From an uncultured Planctomycetaceae bacterium (GTDB lineage: Bacteria > Planctomycetota > Planctomycetia > Planctomycetales > Planctomycetaceae): a stretch of DNA of 64,000 nt. A program made the position numbers and the translations under genes. The notes under the pieces were generated by a model. That model worked only from the letters and a program-made list of their open reading frames with translations. It was not told the DNA's origin and searched no databases. Of this stretch, positions 40,811 through 51,629 are shown piece after piece. Each line of letters starts with the position of its first letter. The first letter of the stretch is position 1. The stretch covers positions 256,001-320,000 of the forward strand of contig CAWFGE010000022.1 of assembly GCA_963815195.1 (NCBI GenBank). Reading direction: 5' to 3'.

Positions 40811-42769
40811 TCACATCTGCTCGCAGGTTTCGATGCCTAATAGGTCCAGGCCCGTGGCCAGGACGCGGCCCGTGAGATCACACAGGAGCAGCCGGCTTAC
40901 GCGGAGGTCGCCTTCGGATTTCAGCACCGGGCAGTTCTCGAAGAACGTGCTAAACAGGTTCGCCGTGTCGAACAGATACTGCGTGAGCAGGTTCGGCCGA
41001 TAGTCGGCGGCGGCGTCTTCCAAGGCTTCGCCGAACCGCAACAGTTGCAGAGCCAGCGCCCGCTCGGCGGGGTGAAGGATCGCAAACGTCCCGCCGGCGC
41101 GCCGCACTTCCTCCCGCGTGACGCCGCCTTTGCGGAAGATGCTCGCAACCCGGGCGTAGGAATACTGCATATAAGTGGCTGTGTCGCCTCGCGTGGCGAG
41201 CATTTTGTCCCAATCGAACACATAATCGCTGTCCCGGTTGTGTTTGAGGTCGGCATACTTGATCCCCCCTAAACCCACCTTCTCCGCGACATCGGCCCGC
41301 GCCGCTTCGTCCAACTCCGCCCCGCTGGGCTTGGCGTCATCGTTTTCATCCACGATGTTTCTCGCCCGCGCGATGGATTCATCGAGCAATCCTTCCAAAC
41401 CCACCGTGCCGCCGGAGCGGGTTTTGTAGGGCCGGCCGTCATGGCCCAAAATCGTGCCGAAGCTCACGTGGCAAAACTCTGTCTGTTTGTAGCCCCATTT
41501 TTTCGCCGTCTTAAAGAGCATCTCGAAATGCTCGCTTTGGCGTTTGTCGACGACATAGAGCATGGCGTCGGCGTGGAACTTTTCGTGCCGATATTGGATC
41601 GTCGCCAAATCCGTCGTCGCATAGTTATAAGCCCCGTCCGACTTTCGCACGATAAACGGCGCCTCGTGCCCCTCCAGAAACACGCACTCGGCCCCGTCGC
41701 TTTCCTGCGCGAGGCCTTTGGCTTTGAGATCCTGCACCACATCCGCGAGCATCGGATCGTAAAAACTCTCACCGAGCGTGCAGTCAAAACGAATGTCCAA
41801 GCGGTCGTATATTTCATTGAGAGTCGCCAGGCAATAGGGCAGAAACTCGTCCCAGAGCGCTTTGTTCTCCGCATCCCCCGCGTGAAGTTTGGCCGTCTCT
41901 TCCCGCGAGAGCCGGATGATGTCCGGATGCTGTTTCGCATAGCCGCTAAGCTGCGGCGACTCGTCCACCTCGGCGATCCTCTGTTTTGTGCTTTTGATCT
42001 CGTCTTCCAAGTCGGCGAGCGATTTTCGCTGCTGTTTGAGCTGCTTTTTCGCCTTGCCGTCCTTGGGGTCGGCCGCGTCTTCGAGTTCTTTGAGTGCCGC
42101 CGATTTCTCTTCGTGCAGCGCTTGCAGTTTGGGCAGCGATTCCTTCGCTTCAAAATAATCGCAAAGCTGATTGACGAGTTTATACAGCCGGGCAAGTTCT
42201 TCCACGGGATGTTTTTGGTACGACGCCTCGTCCCGGAAATGCTTGTAGCCGTAGATGATCATCCCGAACTGCGTGCCCCAATCGCCGATGTGGTTGTCGC
42301 CGATCACGCGGTGGCCCAAATAGCCCAAGAGCTTATAGAGCGCCGCCCCGATCACGGTGCTCCGCAGATGGCCCACGTGCATCGGCTTGGCCACATTGGG
42401 CGACGAATAATCGATGACGATGGTTTTGGGATACTCCGCCGCCGGCACGCCCAGCCGATCGTCCGCGAGCATGCGGTTGGTCTGTCGCTCCAGCCAATCG
42501 TCCTTCAGCTTGAGATTGATGAACCCCGGCCCCGCGATTTCCGGTTCCTCGCAGAGGTCCGAAACATCGAGCCGCTCCACGATCTCCGCGGCGACACCCT
42601 GAGGCTTGGCGTCTCGCTCTTTGGCGAGGGACATCGCGCAGTTCGCCTGAAAATCGCCGAATTTGGGATTCTGCGACGGTCGGACCATCGCCACGTAAGG
42701 CTCCGCATCCAGGGTCAAAGGTTCGAGAGCCGCCCGAAACCGCGATTGAAGCTCAGCCAGGATATTCAT
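40811..42769 (-). CDS. argS: Arginine--tRNA ligase
   Basis: FGDFQAN, AGPGFIN, DYSSPNVAKPMHVGHLRST, GDWGTQFG, GESFY, YATTDLA, KTRSG, YMQY, C-terminal EQM. Confidence 0.97.
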   Translation of the reverse strand: MNILAELQSRFRAALEPLTLDAEPYVAMVRPSQNPKFGDFQANCAMSLAKERDAKPQGVAAEIVERLDVSDLCEEPEIAGPGFINLKLKDDWLERQTNRMLADDRLGVPAAEYPKTIVIDYSSPNVAKPMHVGHLRSTVIGAALYKLLGYLGHRVIGDNHIGDWGTQFGMIIYGYKHFRDEASYQKHPVEELARLYKLVNQLCDYFEAKESLPKLQALHEEKSAALKELEDAADPKDGKAKKQLKQQRKSLADLEDEIKSTKQRIAEVDESPQLSGYAKQHPDIIRLSREETAKLHAGDAENKALWDEFLPYCLATLNEIYDRLDIRFDCTLGESFYDPMLADVVQDLKAKGLAQESDGAECVFLEGHEAPFIVRKSDGAYNYATTDLATIQYRHEKFHADAMLYVVDKRQSEHFEMLFKTAKKWGYKQTEFCHVSFGTILGHDGRPYKTRSGGTVGLEGLLDESIARARNIVDENDDAKPSGAELDEAARADVAEKVGLGGIKYADLKHNRDSDYVFDWDKMLATRGDTATYMQYSYARVASIFRKGGVTREEVRRAGGTFAILHPAERALALQLLRFGEALEDAAADYRPNLLTQYLFDTANLFSTFFENCPVLKSEGDLRVSRLLLCDLTGRVLATGLDLLGIETCEQM

Positions 42770-43067
42770 AACACTTCGATGGGTGATGAAAAAAGAGATC
42801 GGCAAAACCGCGTCAAGTATAGAGACCGGACCAAACGCCGTTAACCGTGCCGACCCGAAATCTGCACCGGCCGAGTTTGGACCTCTGTCTCGACCCGCAA
42901 AAATGGCCGCGGGTTCACGAAGTTCCGGCGAGTGGGATTCCCAAACGCCGACGGAGATTTCGGCCCGGAAAGAATCTCCTAAAATTTTTGACATTCCTCA
43001 CTTAGACGCTCCTGGCCCGCCGAAAACGGGCTTGTGGCGCAAATGACTCGGGTATGGTAGAGAGTCT

Positions 43068-43144
43068 TGGCACGCCCCTGAGCCTCAGCGAAGGGCGTGG
43101 CCGTTGCAAAGATCACGCCCTTCGTGCCTCAGGGCGTGCCACCC
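43068..43144. repeat. REP-like double hairpin, GGGTGGCACGCCC family
   Basis: CCCTGAGCCTCAGCGAAGGGCGTGG..TTGCAAA..CACGCCCTTCGTGCCTCAGGGCGTGCCACCC, near-identical to 52592..52671. Confidence 0.9.
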
Positions 43145-43406
43145 AGCGCCAACGTCCTTGAAGCACACTTTCTCAGCGAACCGGCAACCGATGATGGACG
43201 GTTCCCGGTCCTGGTGTTACTCTGAGAAGTACACAAACACCGCGAACCAACGACTGTGTGTTTCGAAAAGTCAGCCTGCGCACCCGAACTCGTGAACCGC
43301 ACTGGCGGAGCCAGTGGCACAGGGAAAGAAACGCGGGACACCAGCGACATTCGGTATGGAAAAAACTCACCAATTTTCGTGAAACGGGAACCGAGGAGTT
43401 TTCATT

Positions 43407-44387
43407 ATGAAGCCCCCTTTGACTTTTCGCCGCCGATTGTTTCCCGTCGTGATGGCGGTGTGTTGCACTTTGGGGTTGGGCTTGGTGGGGATGATTCCGT
43501 CCGCGGCGGCTCAGGAGAAATTGCCCAAGCCGAAGGAATCCGCCAAGCCGAAGCGGGAATGGCCTTGGAAGACCGGGGACGAGGTGTTTCAGCTCGTCAC
43601 GGTCGAGAAGAATTCCAAGTTCCTGGTGCAAGGGCTGGCTTTTGAAACGAAGAATCGGTTCAAGCTGCTTTCCCATCTGACGATGCGGGTCAGTCCTTTC
43701 GATCACAGCCTGACGATCACGCAGAAAGTGGACACCACCCGCTACGAAACCGCGGACGACCTCTCCAAGGCGATGTTCGAAAAGCTGCTCAAAGACCTGA
43801 CGGGCAAGACGATCACGATCCGCGTGGGCGCGGACGGCGAAGTCGCCCGCATCGAAGGCGTCCCCGAACCGCAGGCGGCGACTGTGAACGGCTTGGACGT
43901 TCGCGGGGTGATGCTCAATTCGCTGATCGATGAGGACGGCTGGAAGGAACTCACAAAGGCGACCCTCTTCGCGCCGCCGATGATGCTCGCAAAAGATGCG
44001 ACCTGGAAAGAACCGCTGACCCATAGCTGGGGACCCTTGGGGTCTTGGAAAGGCGAATCGATCTTCCGCTTCGACGGGGAACGCGAAAACCTCCAATCCG
44101 TTCCGTACAAACTCATTCTCAAGTACCAACCCCCGGCCGCCGCGGCTCCGAATCAAAACACGCTGCCGTTCAAAATCTTCGCGCCCAGGTTCCGCACGAA
44201 AACGGCCGAAGGCTTGCTCACGTACGATCCCGCCAAACACCGGCTGTCGAAAATGGCGGAGACGTTTCACGTCGTCGGGCAAATGCAAATGCAAATCGCC
44301 GGGCAAAAAATCCCGCTCCAACTCGAAGAGAGCCAGGAGTTCGAATTGGAACTCTTCGACGAACGGCCGCCGCCGGAGAAACGCTGA
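43407..44387 (+). CDS. Secreted beta-rich hypothetical protein (possibly DUF6263-like)
   Basis: Signal peptide, alternating beta-strand pattern, GAGGAG RBS. Confidence 0.65.
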   Translation: MKPPLTFRRRLFPVVMAVCCTLGLGLVGMIPSAAAQEKLPKPKESAKPKREWPWKTGDEVFQLVTVEKNSKFLVQGLAFETKNRFKLLSHLTMRVSPFDHSLTITQKVDTTRYETADDLSKAMFEKLLKDLTGKTITIRVGADGEVARIEGVPEPQAATVNGLDVRGVMLNSLIDEDGWKELTKATLFAPPMMLAKDATWKEPLTHSWGPLGSWKGESIFRFDGERENLQSVPYKLILKYQPPAAAAPNQNTLPFKIFAPRFRTKTAEGLLTYDPAKHRLSKMAETFHVVGQMQMQIAGQKIPLQLEESQEFELELFDERPPPEKR

Positions 44388-44422
44388 GTTACCGTTGCCG
44401 ATTTTGCGCGATCCCGCGCGGG

Positions 44423-44584
44423 GAAATTCGAAATCCGAATCTCGAAATCCGAAATAAATGGCAATGACCAAAATGCCAATGTCCGAACTCTGGTGGCCCG
44501 CTGTCTTTGAAGGGATCTGTTTAGAACATTCGGATTTGGGATTTTGGGTTTGTTTCGGATTTCGAATTTCGTGCTTCGGATTTT
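44423..44584. repeat. Inverted arms of five GAAATYC-like heptamers
   Basis: Left arm 44423..44459 GAAATTC GAAATCC GAATCTC GAAATCC GAAATAA; right arm 44548..44584 has the same period on the opposite strand. Confidence 0.8.
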
Positions 44585-44620
44585 CATCCCAAACTCGCAG
44601 GATTGCACTAAACCACAGTC

Positions 44621-45499
44621 ATGTTTGGATTATTGAATATCAACAAACCCGAGGGCCTCACGTCGCGGAAGGTCGTGGATCACGTCCAACGGCTCGTCCG
44701 GCCCGCCAAAGCGGGGCATGCGGGGACGCTCGATCCCTTGGCGACCGGCGTGCTCGTCGTGTGCATCGGGCCGGCGACGCGGTTGATTTCGCTGGTGCAA
44801 GAACGGCCGAAAACATACCGAGCAACATTTCGCCTCGGCTGCCAAAGCGATACCGATGACATCACCGGGATTGTGGAAACGGTGCCGAACGCGGCCCAGG
44901 TGTCGCGCGGAGAAATCGAAGCGGCCTTGCCGGAGTTCACCGGCCAGATCGAGCAGGTCCCGCCGCAGTTCTCGGCCGTGCACGTCCAAGGCAAGCGGGC
45001 TTACGAATTGGCCCGCCAAGGCCAGGCGGTGGACATCGCCCCCAAAACGGTGGAGGTTTATCGCATCGATTTGTTGGCTTACGACTGGCCGGAGTTGGAG
45101 TTGGAAATCGAATGCGGATCGGGAACTTATATCCGCTCCATCGGCCGCGATTTGGGACAAAAACTCGGCTGCGGGGCGGTAATGACCGCATTGGTCCGCA
45201 CGCGAATTGGCCCCTTCAATCTGGCCGAGGCTGTTTCGCTCGATGATCTCGATAAGGACAGCTTGCCGGCGTCGTTGATCTCTCCGCGAAAGGCCGTGGA
45301 GCATCTGCCGCGTTATCAAGCCGACGAAAACGAATGCCGGCGTCTCAAACAAGGCCAGCGCATTCCGGTGCAACAACCCTTCAACGTTTCACCGGCGGAA
45401 CAAGTCGCCATCGTCACAGAGTCCGACGAACTGGCCGCGTTGGCGGAATTCGATCCCGAAACAAATGAATTGCGACCGCGGCAGGTCTTTCTGAAATGA
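44621..45499 (+). CDS. truB: tRNA pseudouridine(55) synthase
   Basis: INKPEGLTS, GHAGTLDPLATGVL, QVPPQFSA..GKRAYELAR, CGSGTYIRS. Confidence 0.97.
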   Translation: MFGLLNINKPEGLTSRKVVDHVQRLVRPAKAGHAGTLDPLATGVLVVCIGPATRLISLVQERPKTYRATFRLGCQSDTDDITGIVETVPNAAQVSRGEIEAALPEFTGQIEQVPPQFSAVHVQGKRAYELARQGQAVDIAPKTVEVYRIDLLAYDWPELELEIECGSGTYIRSIGRDLGQKLGCGAVMTALVRTRIGPFNLAEAVSLDDLDKDSLPASLISPRKAVEHLPRYQADENECRRLKQGQRIPVQQPFNVSPAEQVAIVTESDELAALAEFDPETNELRPRQVFLK

Positions 45500-45515
45500 T
45501 CGGCTTGTAGAAATC

Positions 45516-45573
45516 ACCGCTGACTTCGTGCGCGGCTCTTTGGCGGGACAGAGCCGCGCACGAAGTCAGCGGT
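45516..45573. repeat. Perfect 24-bp inverted repeat of the CCGCTGACTTCGTG family; may terminate truB
   Basis: ACCGCTGACTTCGTGCGCGGCTCT / AGAGCCGCGCACGAAGTCAGCGGT with a 10-nt loop. Confidence 0.9.
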
Positions 45574-45667
45574 CCGCGTCTCGCTTGCGAACGCCGGCTT
45601 GCGCTGTACCATGATTTCAGACGTTTCTCCCTGTGATTTGACATCTCAAGCCGATTTGGAGTTTCCC

Positions 45668-46678
45668 ATGAGACGCTCGCTGTTGTTGTTGGCCGGTGTG
45701 TTGGCGATGCTTTCGGGCCAGGCGGTCAGCCCGGCCCAGGAGACCTTGGGCAAAATCGTCCGCATGGATCCCGCGTTCGACAAGCTGATCCCCAAGAATG
45801 CCAAGATGGAAATCCTCGCCAAGGGCTTCGCCTGGAGCGAAGGTCCCGTGTGGGTGAAAGACGACGCCGGCGGGCATTTGCTGTTCTCCGACATTCCCCG
45901 CAACTCGGTCTTCCAATGGAAAGAAGGCCAGGGCATCAGCTTATTCCTCCGCCCCTCCGGCTACACCGGGGCCGAGTTTTATGGCCTCGAACCGGGCTGC
46001 AACGGGTTGCTCTTGGATTCCAAAGGGCAACTCGTCTCCTGCGAGCATGGCGATCGGCGGGTGTCGGTGTTGACCAAAGGCGGCGGCAAACGCACGCTCG
46101 TCGACAACTACCAGGGCAAACGCCTCAACAGCCCCAACGACGGCTGCTTCAAATCCAACGGCGACTTGTATTTCACCGATCCGATCTACGGCCTGCCCAA
46201 CCGCTGGGACGATCCCCGGCGGGAACTCGATTTCTGCGGCGTATATCGGCTCTCCCAAGACGGCAAGCTCACGCTGCTCACTGATGAGATGACCCGCCCC
46301 AATGGGATCGCGTTTTCGCCCGATGAGAAAACCTTGTACGTGGCCCAATCCGATCCCGAAGCCGCGATCTGGAAGGCGTTCCCCGTCAAAGCCGACGGCA
46401 CGCTGGGCAAGAGCAAGCCGTTTTATGACGCGACGCAAAACGTCGACAAGCTGCCGGGCCTGCCGGACGGAATGAAAGTCGACAAAGCCGGCAACCTATT
46501 TGCCACCGGGCCGGGCGGCGTCTATGTGTTCTCCCCGGACGCGAAACTCCTCGGCCGATTGGACACCGGCGAACGCACCGCGAACGTCGGCTGGGGCAAC
46601 GACGGCACCGTGCTTTACATCTGTGCCGACAGCTACCTCTGCCGCATCCAGACGATCACCAAAGGGGCCGGCTGGTAG
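45668..46678 (+). CDS. Secreted SMP-30/gluconolactonase family protein
   Basis: Signal peptide, WSEGPVW, LNSPND, YFTDP, PNGIAFSPDE, PDGMKVD. Confidence 0.93.
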   Translation: MRRSLLLLAGVLAMLSGQAVSPAQETLGKIVRMDPAFDKLIPKNAKMEILAKGFAWSEGPVWVKDDAGGHLLFSDIPRNSVFQWKEGQGISLFLRPSGYTGAEFYGLEPGCNGLLLDSKGQLVSCEHGDRRVSVLTKGGGKRTLVDNYQGKRLNSPNDGCFKSNGDLYFTDPIYGLPNRWDDPRRELDFCGVYRLSQDGKLTLLTDEMTRPNGIAFSPDEKTLYVAQSDPEAAIWKAFPVKADGTLGKSKPFYDATQNVDKLPGLPDGMKVDKAGNLFATGPGGVYVFSPDAKLLGRLDTGERTANVGWGNDGTVLYICADSYLCRIQTITKGAGW

Positions 46679-46794
46679 TCACCGGCGGCTAGCGCCAGCC
46701 GCTCACTTTCGGAGGCATGGTTTGAAGGCCTGCGCTGCGGTAAGATTCGGTTTGACAACAGACGCCAATCGAATCCGCAGCGCGGGAACAGAGC

Positions 46795-49700
46795 ATGCAC
46801 CAGCCGTGGGAGTTTTGGATTGATGTGGGGGGCACCTTTACCGACTGCATTGCCCGCTCGCCGGACGATCAACTTCATACGTTTAAGACGCTGAGTTCCG
46901 GCGTCGCCAAGGGCCGCATCGGCCCGCTGCATTCCACCGGCTTTACGGATGAATCGACGCGGAACGCGCCGCCCGATTTCTGGAAAGGTTTTGTCTGCCG
47001 AGTTCTCAGCGAGAGCGGGGAGATCATTTATCGAAGCTCCGTGGCCGCGTTCGATTCCTCGACCGGCCGCTTTGATTTCGGCGATCCGCTGCCGGATGCC
47101 AGCGAAACCGGAATGGCCTACGAGCTTCAATCCGAGGCCTCCGCTCCCGTGCTCGCGATGCGGTGGATTTTGGGGCTGACGCTGGACGATCCCATACCGC
47201 CCTTGATTGTCAAGCTCGGCACGACGCGCGGCACCAATGCCCTATTGGAACGCCGGGGCGCGAGAACCGCGTTTATCACGACCCGCGGGTTTCGCGATGT
47301 GCTGCTCATCGGCAATCAAGATCGGCCGCGGCTGTTCGATCTCGCGATCCAAAAACCCGCGCCTTTGTTCGAGCAGGTGATCGAAATCGAGGAACGTCTT
47401 AGCGTCGAAGGTGGTGTTCTGCGATCGCCCGAGGAATCCCTGATTCGCAAACAAATGGAGGAACTGAAAGCGACGGGCGTGCAATCGGTCGCCATCTGTT
47501 TGCTGCATTCCTTCAAGAATCCTGCGCACGAAGAACTCGTGGAACGGCTCGCGCGGGAGGCGGGGTTTGAGGAAATCAGCCGCTCCAGTCGCTTGTCGCC
47601 ATTGATCAAGATCGTCTCCCGCGGCGACACGACGGTGATGGATGCGTATCTGAATCCGATCCTCCGCAGCTACGTCGCGGGCATTCGGGAATCGCTGCAC
47701 GGCGAGAGCCATCTCAAGATGATGACCTCCGCGGGCGGGCTGGTCGATGCGGATTTTTTTGTAGGCAAAGACAGCATTCTCTCCGGGCCGGCGGGCGGCG
47801 TGATCGGCTTTTCCCGCGTGGCGGAGCGGGCGGGCTTTCTGAAATCCATCGGCTTCGACATGGGCGGCACGAGCACCGATGTCTCACGGTACGACGGCGT
47901 TTACGAGCGGGAGTTCGAAACCCAAAAAGCTGGCGTGCGCGTGGTCGCTCCGATGCTCGCGATCGAAACCGTGGCCGCGGGCGGCGGGAGCATCTGCCGC
48001 TTCGACGGCGTCAAACTCGCCGTGGGTCCGGAAAGCGCGGGAGCCGATCCGGGGCCCGCATGTTACGGCCGCGGCGGCCCTTTGACGGTGACCGACGTGA
48101 ACCTGTTTCTCGGAAAGATTCTGCCCCGCCGGTTTCCGTTTCCGCTGGATCAGGGCATCGTCCGCCAGCGGCTGGAAACTCTCTGCGAAGAGATCGCCCA
48201 TTCGCCGATGGGCAAACGGTATACGCCCGCGGAATTGGCGGAAGGCTTTGTGAGCATCGCCAACGCCAACATGGTGCGGGCGATCCGCAAAATCTCCGTC
48301 GCCAAGGGTTACGATCCGGCGGATTATGCGCTGGTCACCTTCGGCGGCGCGGGCGGGCAACATGCCTGCGCGCTCGCGCGGGAGTTGGGCATTCGTTCGA
48401 TTCTTTTGCATCCGTTCGCGGGGATTTTGAGCGCTTATGGAATCGGCCTCGCCGATGTCCGCCGGTTCAAAGAGCAAGGCGTGCTCAAAGCATTAACTCC
48501 ACAAACGCTGGAAGAACTCGGATCCGTCTTCGCGGAACTTGAATCCATCGCCCTCCATGAAGTTCGCGAGGAAGGCATTCCGGCGGAGCGGATCGCGCGG
48601 CCCCAGCGGTCTTGCGATCTCCGCTACCTCGGCATCGAAGCCGCGATCAACGTGCCGCTCCCTCGCGATCGAACATCGAGCGAACAAACCACAAAAGAGT
48701 TGATCGCCCGCTACGAAGCCCAGCATCAGCAACTCTACGGCTATTTACACAAACAGCGCGCCATCGAAATCACCGCGGTTCGCGTGGAAGTTGTGGGCCG
48801 CATGACCGAACCGCCGTTGGCTTTAGAAGCCATCAAACGCCGCCGGCCCGAACCCAGCGAGATCTGCCCGGTCGTCTTCCAAGGCCAAGAGCTTCCGACG
48901 CCGGTCTTTCTGCGATCGGATCTGCACGCCGGCGATGAACTCCCCGGCCCCGCGATCGTGTGCGAACCGACTTCGACGATCGTCATCGACCCCGGCTTTG
49001 CGGCAGCGATTACCGAGCACGGCGACGTCCTCATTCAGCGGTCCGAGGAGTTTGAACAGGGGGAGATCGGGAGAGGGGGAGATCGGGAGAGTTCGCATCA
49101 ACGGACCGCGGACAAAGAGGCCGACCCGGTGATGCTGGAGATCTTCAACAATCTCTTCGCTTCGATTGCGGAGCAGATGGGGGCGGCCCTTCAGCGGACT
49201 TCGTTTTCCACGAACGTCAAAGAGCGGCTCGATTTTAGTTGTGCGATTTTCGATCCGGCGGGCAATCTCGTGGTGAATGCTCCGCATATCCCCGTGCACT
49301 TGGGGGCGATGAGCGAAACGGTCAAACGCATCCTCCAGGACTCCGGGCCGGCAATGGTCCCGGGCGATGTGTTTATCACGAACGACCCTTACCGCGGGGG
49401 CTCGCATCTGCCGGATGTGACCGTGGTCACGCCGGTTTATGAGGAAGATCAACTGGTGTTCTTCACGGCGAGCCGGCGCATCATGCGGAGATCGGCGGCA
49501 TCGTGCCGGGCAGCATGCCGCCTTTCTCGAAGAACCTCGCGGAAGAAGGCGTGTTGATTCGGAACTTTAAGCTTTTGGAAGCCGGCGAGTCGCGGGAAGA
49601 TCAACTCAAAGAGCTCTTGCTCTCCGGGCCTTATCCCACACGCTCGGTGCAGGATAACCTCGCGGATGTCTCCGCCCAAGTCGCGGCGAACAACAGCGGC

Positions 49701-50705
49701 GTTCGGCAACTCAAAAACCTGGTGTCGCGGTATTCGCTGCCCGTCGTGCAGGCTTACATGGGACACATCCAGCGGGCCGCTGCCGAGAAAATGCGGCTGG
49801 CCCTCCGCGAGATTCCCGATGGAACCTATTCGCTCACCGACCATCTCGACAACGGCTCGCCGATCGCGGTGAGCATCAACATCACCGGCGACCGGGCCAC
49901 GGTGGATTTCACGGGGACCGGGCCGGTGTTGTTCCCGCGGGGCGAATCGCAAAACTCGGACCTTCAAAGTTATAACCTGAACGCCAACCGGGCGATTGTG
50001 ACCGCGGCGGTGCTGTATGTGTTTCGCTGTTTGATTGCAGAAGACATCCCGCTCAACAGCGGCGTGTTGGAGCCGGTGGAGATCATGCTCCCGGAGTGTC
50101 TGCTCAACCCGCCGGAGCATGATGACCCCGCGAAATGCGCAGCCGTGGTCGGCGGGAACGTGGAGACTTCGCAGCGCGTGGTCGATGTGCTGTTGGGGGC
50201 GCTTCAGGTCGCAGCGGCGAGTCAGGGCACGATGAACAACCTCACCTTTGGCAACGAGACCTTCGGGTATTACGAAACGATCTGCGGCGGCAGCGGCGCG
50301 ACGCCGAACGCCGACGGCGCGGACGGCGTGCACACGCACATGACGAACACCCGCCTCACCGATGCCGAGGTGATGGAACGCCGGTATCCGGTGCGCGTGC
50401 TGGAGTTTTCTTTAAGGCCGAACTCCGGCGGGCAAGGTGTGCACCCTGGCGGAGCGGGGATCGTCCGCCGGTTGGAATTTTTGCGGCCGCTCCAGGTCTC
50501 GATGCTTTCCGAACGCCGGGGCCCCGACCCGCCGTTCGGTTTGAAAGGCGGCGGCTCTGGCGAATTGGGACGAAATCAACTCCTGCGGAAAGGAGCCCGC
50601 GAACCTGTCGACTTGGGCGGAAAGTTCGCGATTGATGTTGAGCCCGGCGATGTCCTGATCATTGAAACTCCCGGCGGCGGCGGGTTTGGGGAATGTTCCG
50701 ATTAG
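46795..50705 (+). CDS. 5-oxoprolinase / hydantoinase A+B fusion (frameshift near 49476)
   Basis: IDVGGTFTD, GTTRGTNALLE, LSGPAGG, FDMGGTSTD, AAGGGS, NVKERLDFSCA, GGSHLPD; SRAHHAEIGG if one G is restored; GNVETSQR, HMTNTRLTD, ETPGGGG. Confidence 0.93.
49063..49090. repeat. GGGAGATC/GGGAGAGG octamer repeat inside the oxoprolinase domain linker
   Basis: 27/28 identical to the reverse complement of intergenic 62634..62661. Confidence 0.7.
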
Positions 50706-50841
50706 ACTGGCGCGATTCGGCATTCCTGGGCAATCTCATCCAAAATGAATTGGCGATTTCGAGCGAAATGGTGTTAAATGTCGAGTAGCCTCTGAACGAA
50801 AACGCAAGAATCCGAACATCCATGCAGAACAGGAGTCCTTC

Positions 50842-51300
50842 ATGCGAAACTCCGTCGCCGCCCTTGCTTTGATTCATCGGGAAGTCGATGGGCAAAAGCA
50901 ATGGTTGGCGCGCTGGAAGAAGAACTGGAAGTCTTTTTCGTTTTCGTTCATCGGTGGAACCAGGCAGGACGGGGAATCGTTTCGAGAATGTTTGACCCGG
51001 CGTGTGGCGGAGGAATTGGGATTGGTCCCGGAGGCGGATTTTCAGGTCGCGGAAAAACCGCACGCGCATCTGGAATACTCGGCTCTCGCAGAAGGCAGCC
51101 GGGCGAAAACGGCGAACACGATCGAGTTGTATTCGCTGACGCTCCAAGGCGACTTTTGCCACGAGAAGATCGACGGCGACGCGGACAACCGCTGGTTGCT
51201 GCCTGCGGAGATTAAGAACTCGTCCACAAACGACGGCCGCGCGATCAGTGGGACCATGGCCCTGCTTCTGGAAATGGCGGGGTTGCTTTCCGAGTCGTAA
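50842..51300 (+). CDS. NUDIX-domain protein with a variant Nudix box
   Basis: GGTRQDGESFRECLTRRVAEELGL; AGGAG RBS. Confidence 0.75.
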   Translation: MRNSVAALALIHREVDGQKQWLARWKKNWKSFSFSFIGGTRQDGESFRECLTRRVAEELGLVPEADFQVAEKPHAHLEYSALAEGSRAKTANTIELYSLTLQGDFCHEKIDGDADNRWLLPAEIKNSSTNDGRAISGTMALLLEMAGLLSES

Positions 51301-51629
51301 GGGCGGCATCTTGCCGCGTCGGTCGAACTCGACGGCTGGAAGCCGCCGCGACGAGAGTTCGGAGATTCCAATTGAAACGGTTGTGAGGATCTTGCGGATC
51401 GCCCGGCGGGTTTTGGACCTTAGAACCGCTGCGGGTTGAACAACCGGACCACTCCGCCGATTCGCGGCGAGTTCCTCTGGTTTGGATGAGCGGGCGGGGC
51501 CGGCGGGTCCGATTGTAATTGCTGAATCGCCTTCACCCGTTTCAACAATCGCCGGTCTTCGCCCGATTCTCTCTCCTGTGCCGTGATTGCACGGAATGGC
51601 GCGGGGACCAATTCAAAGGAATGGACCGC

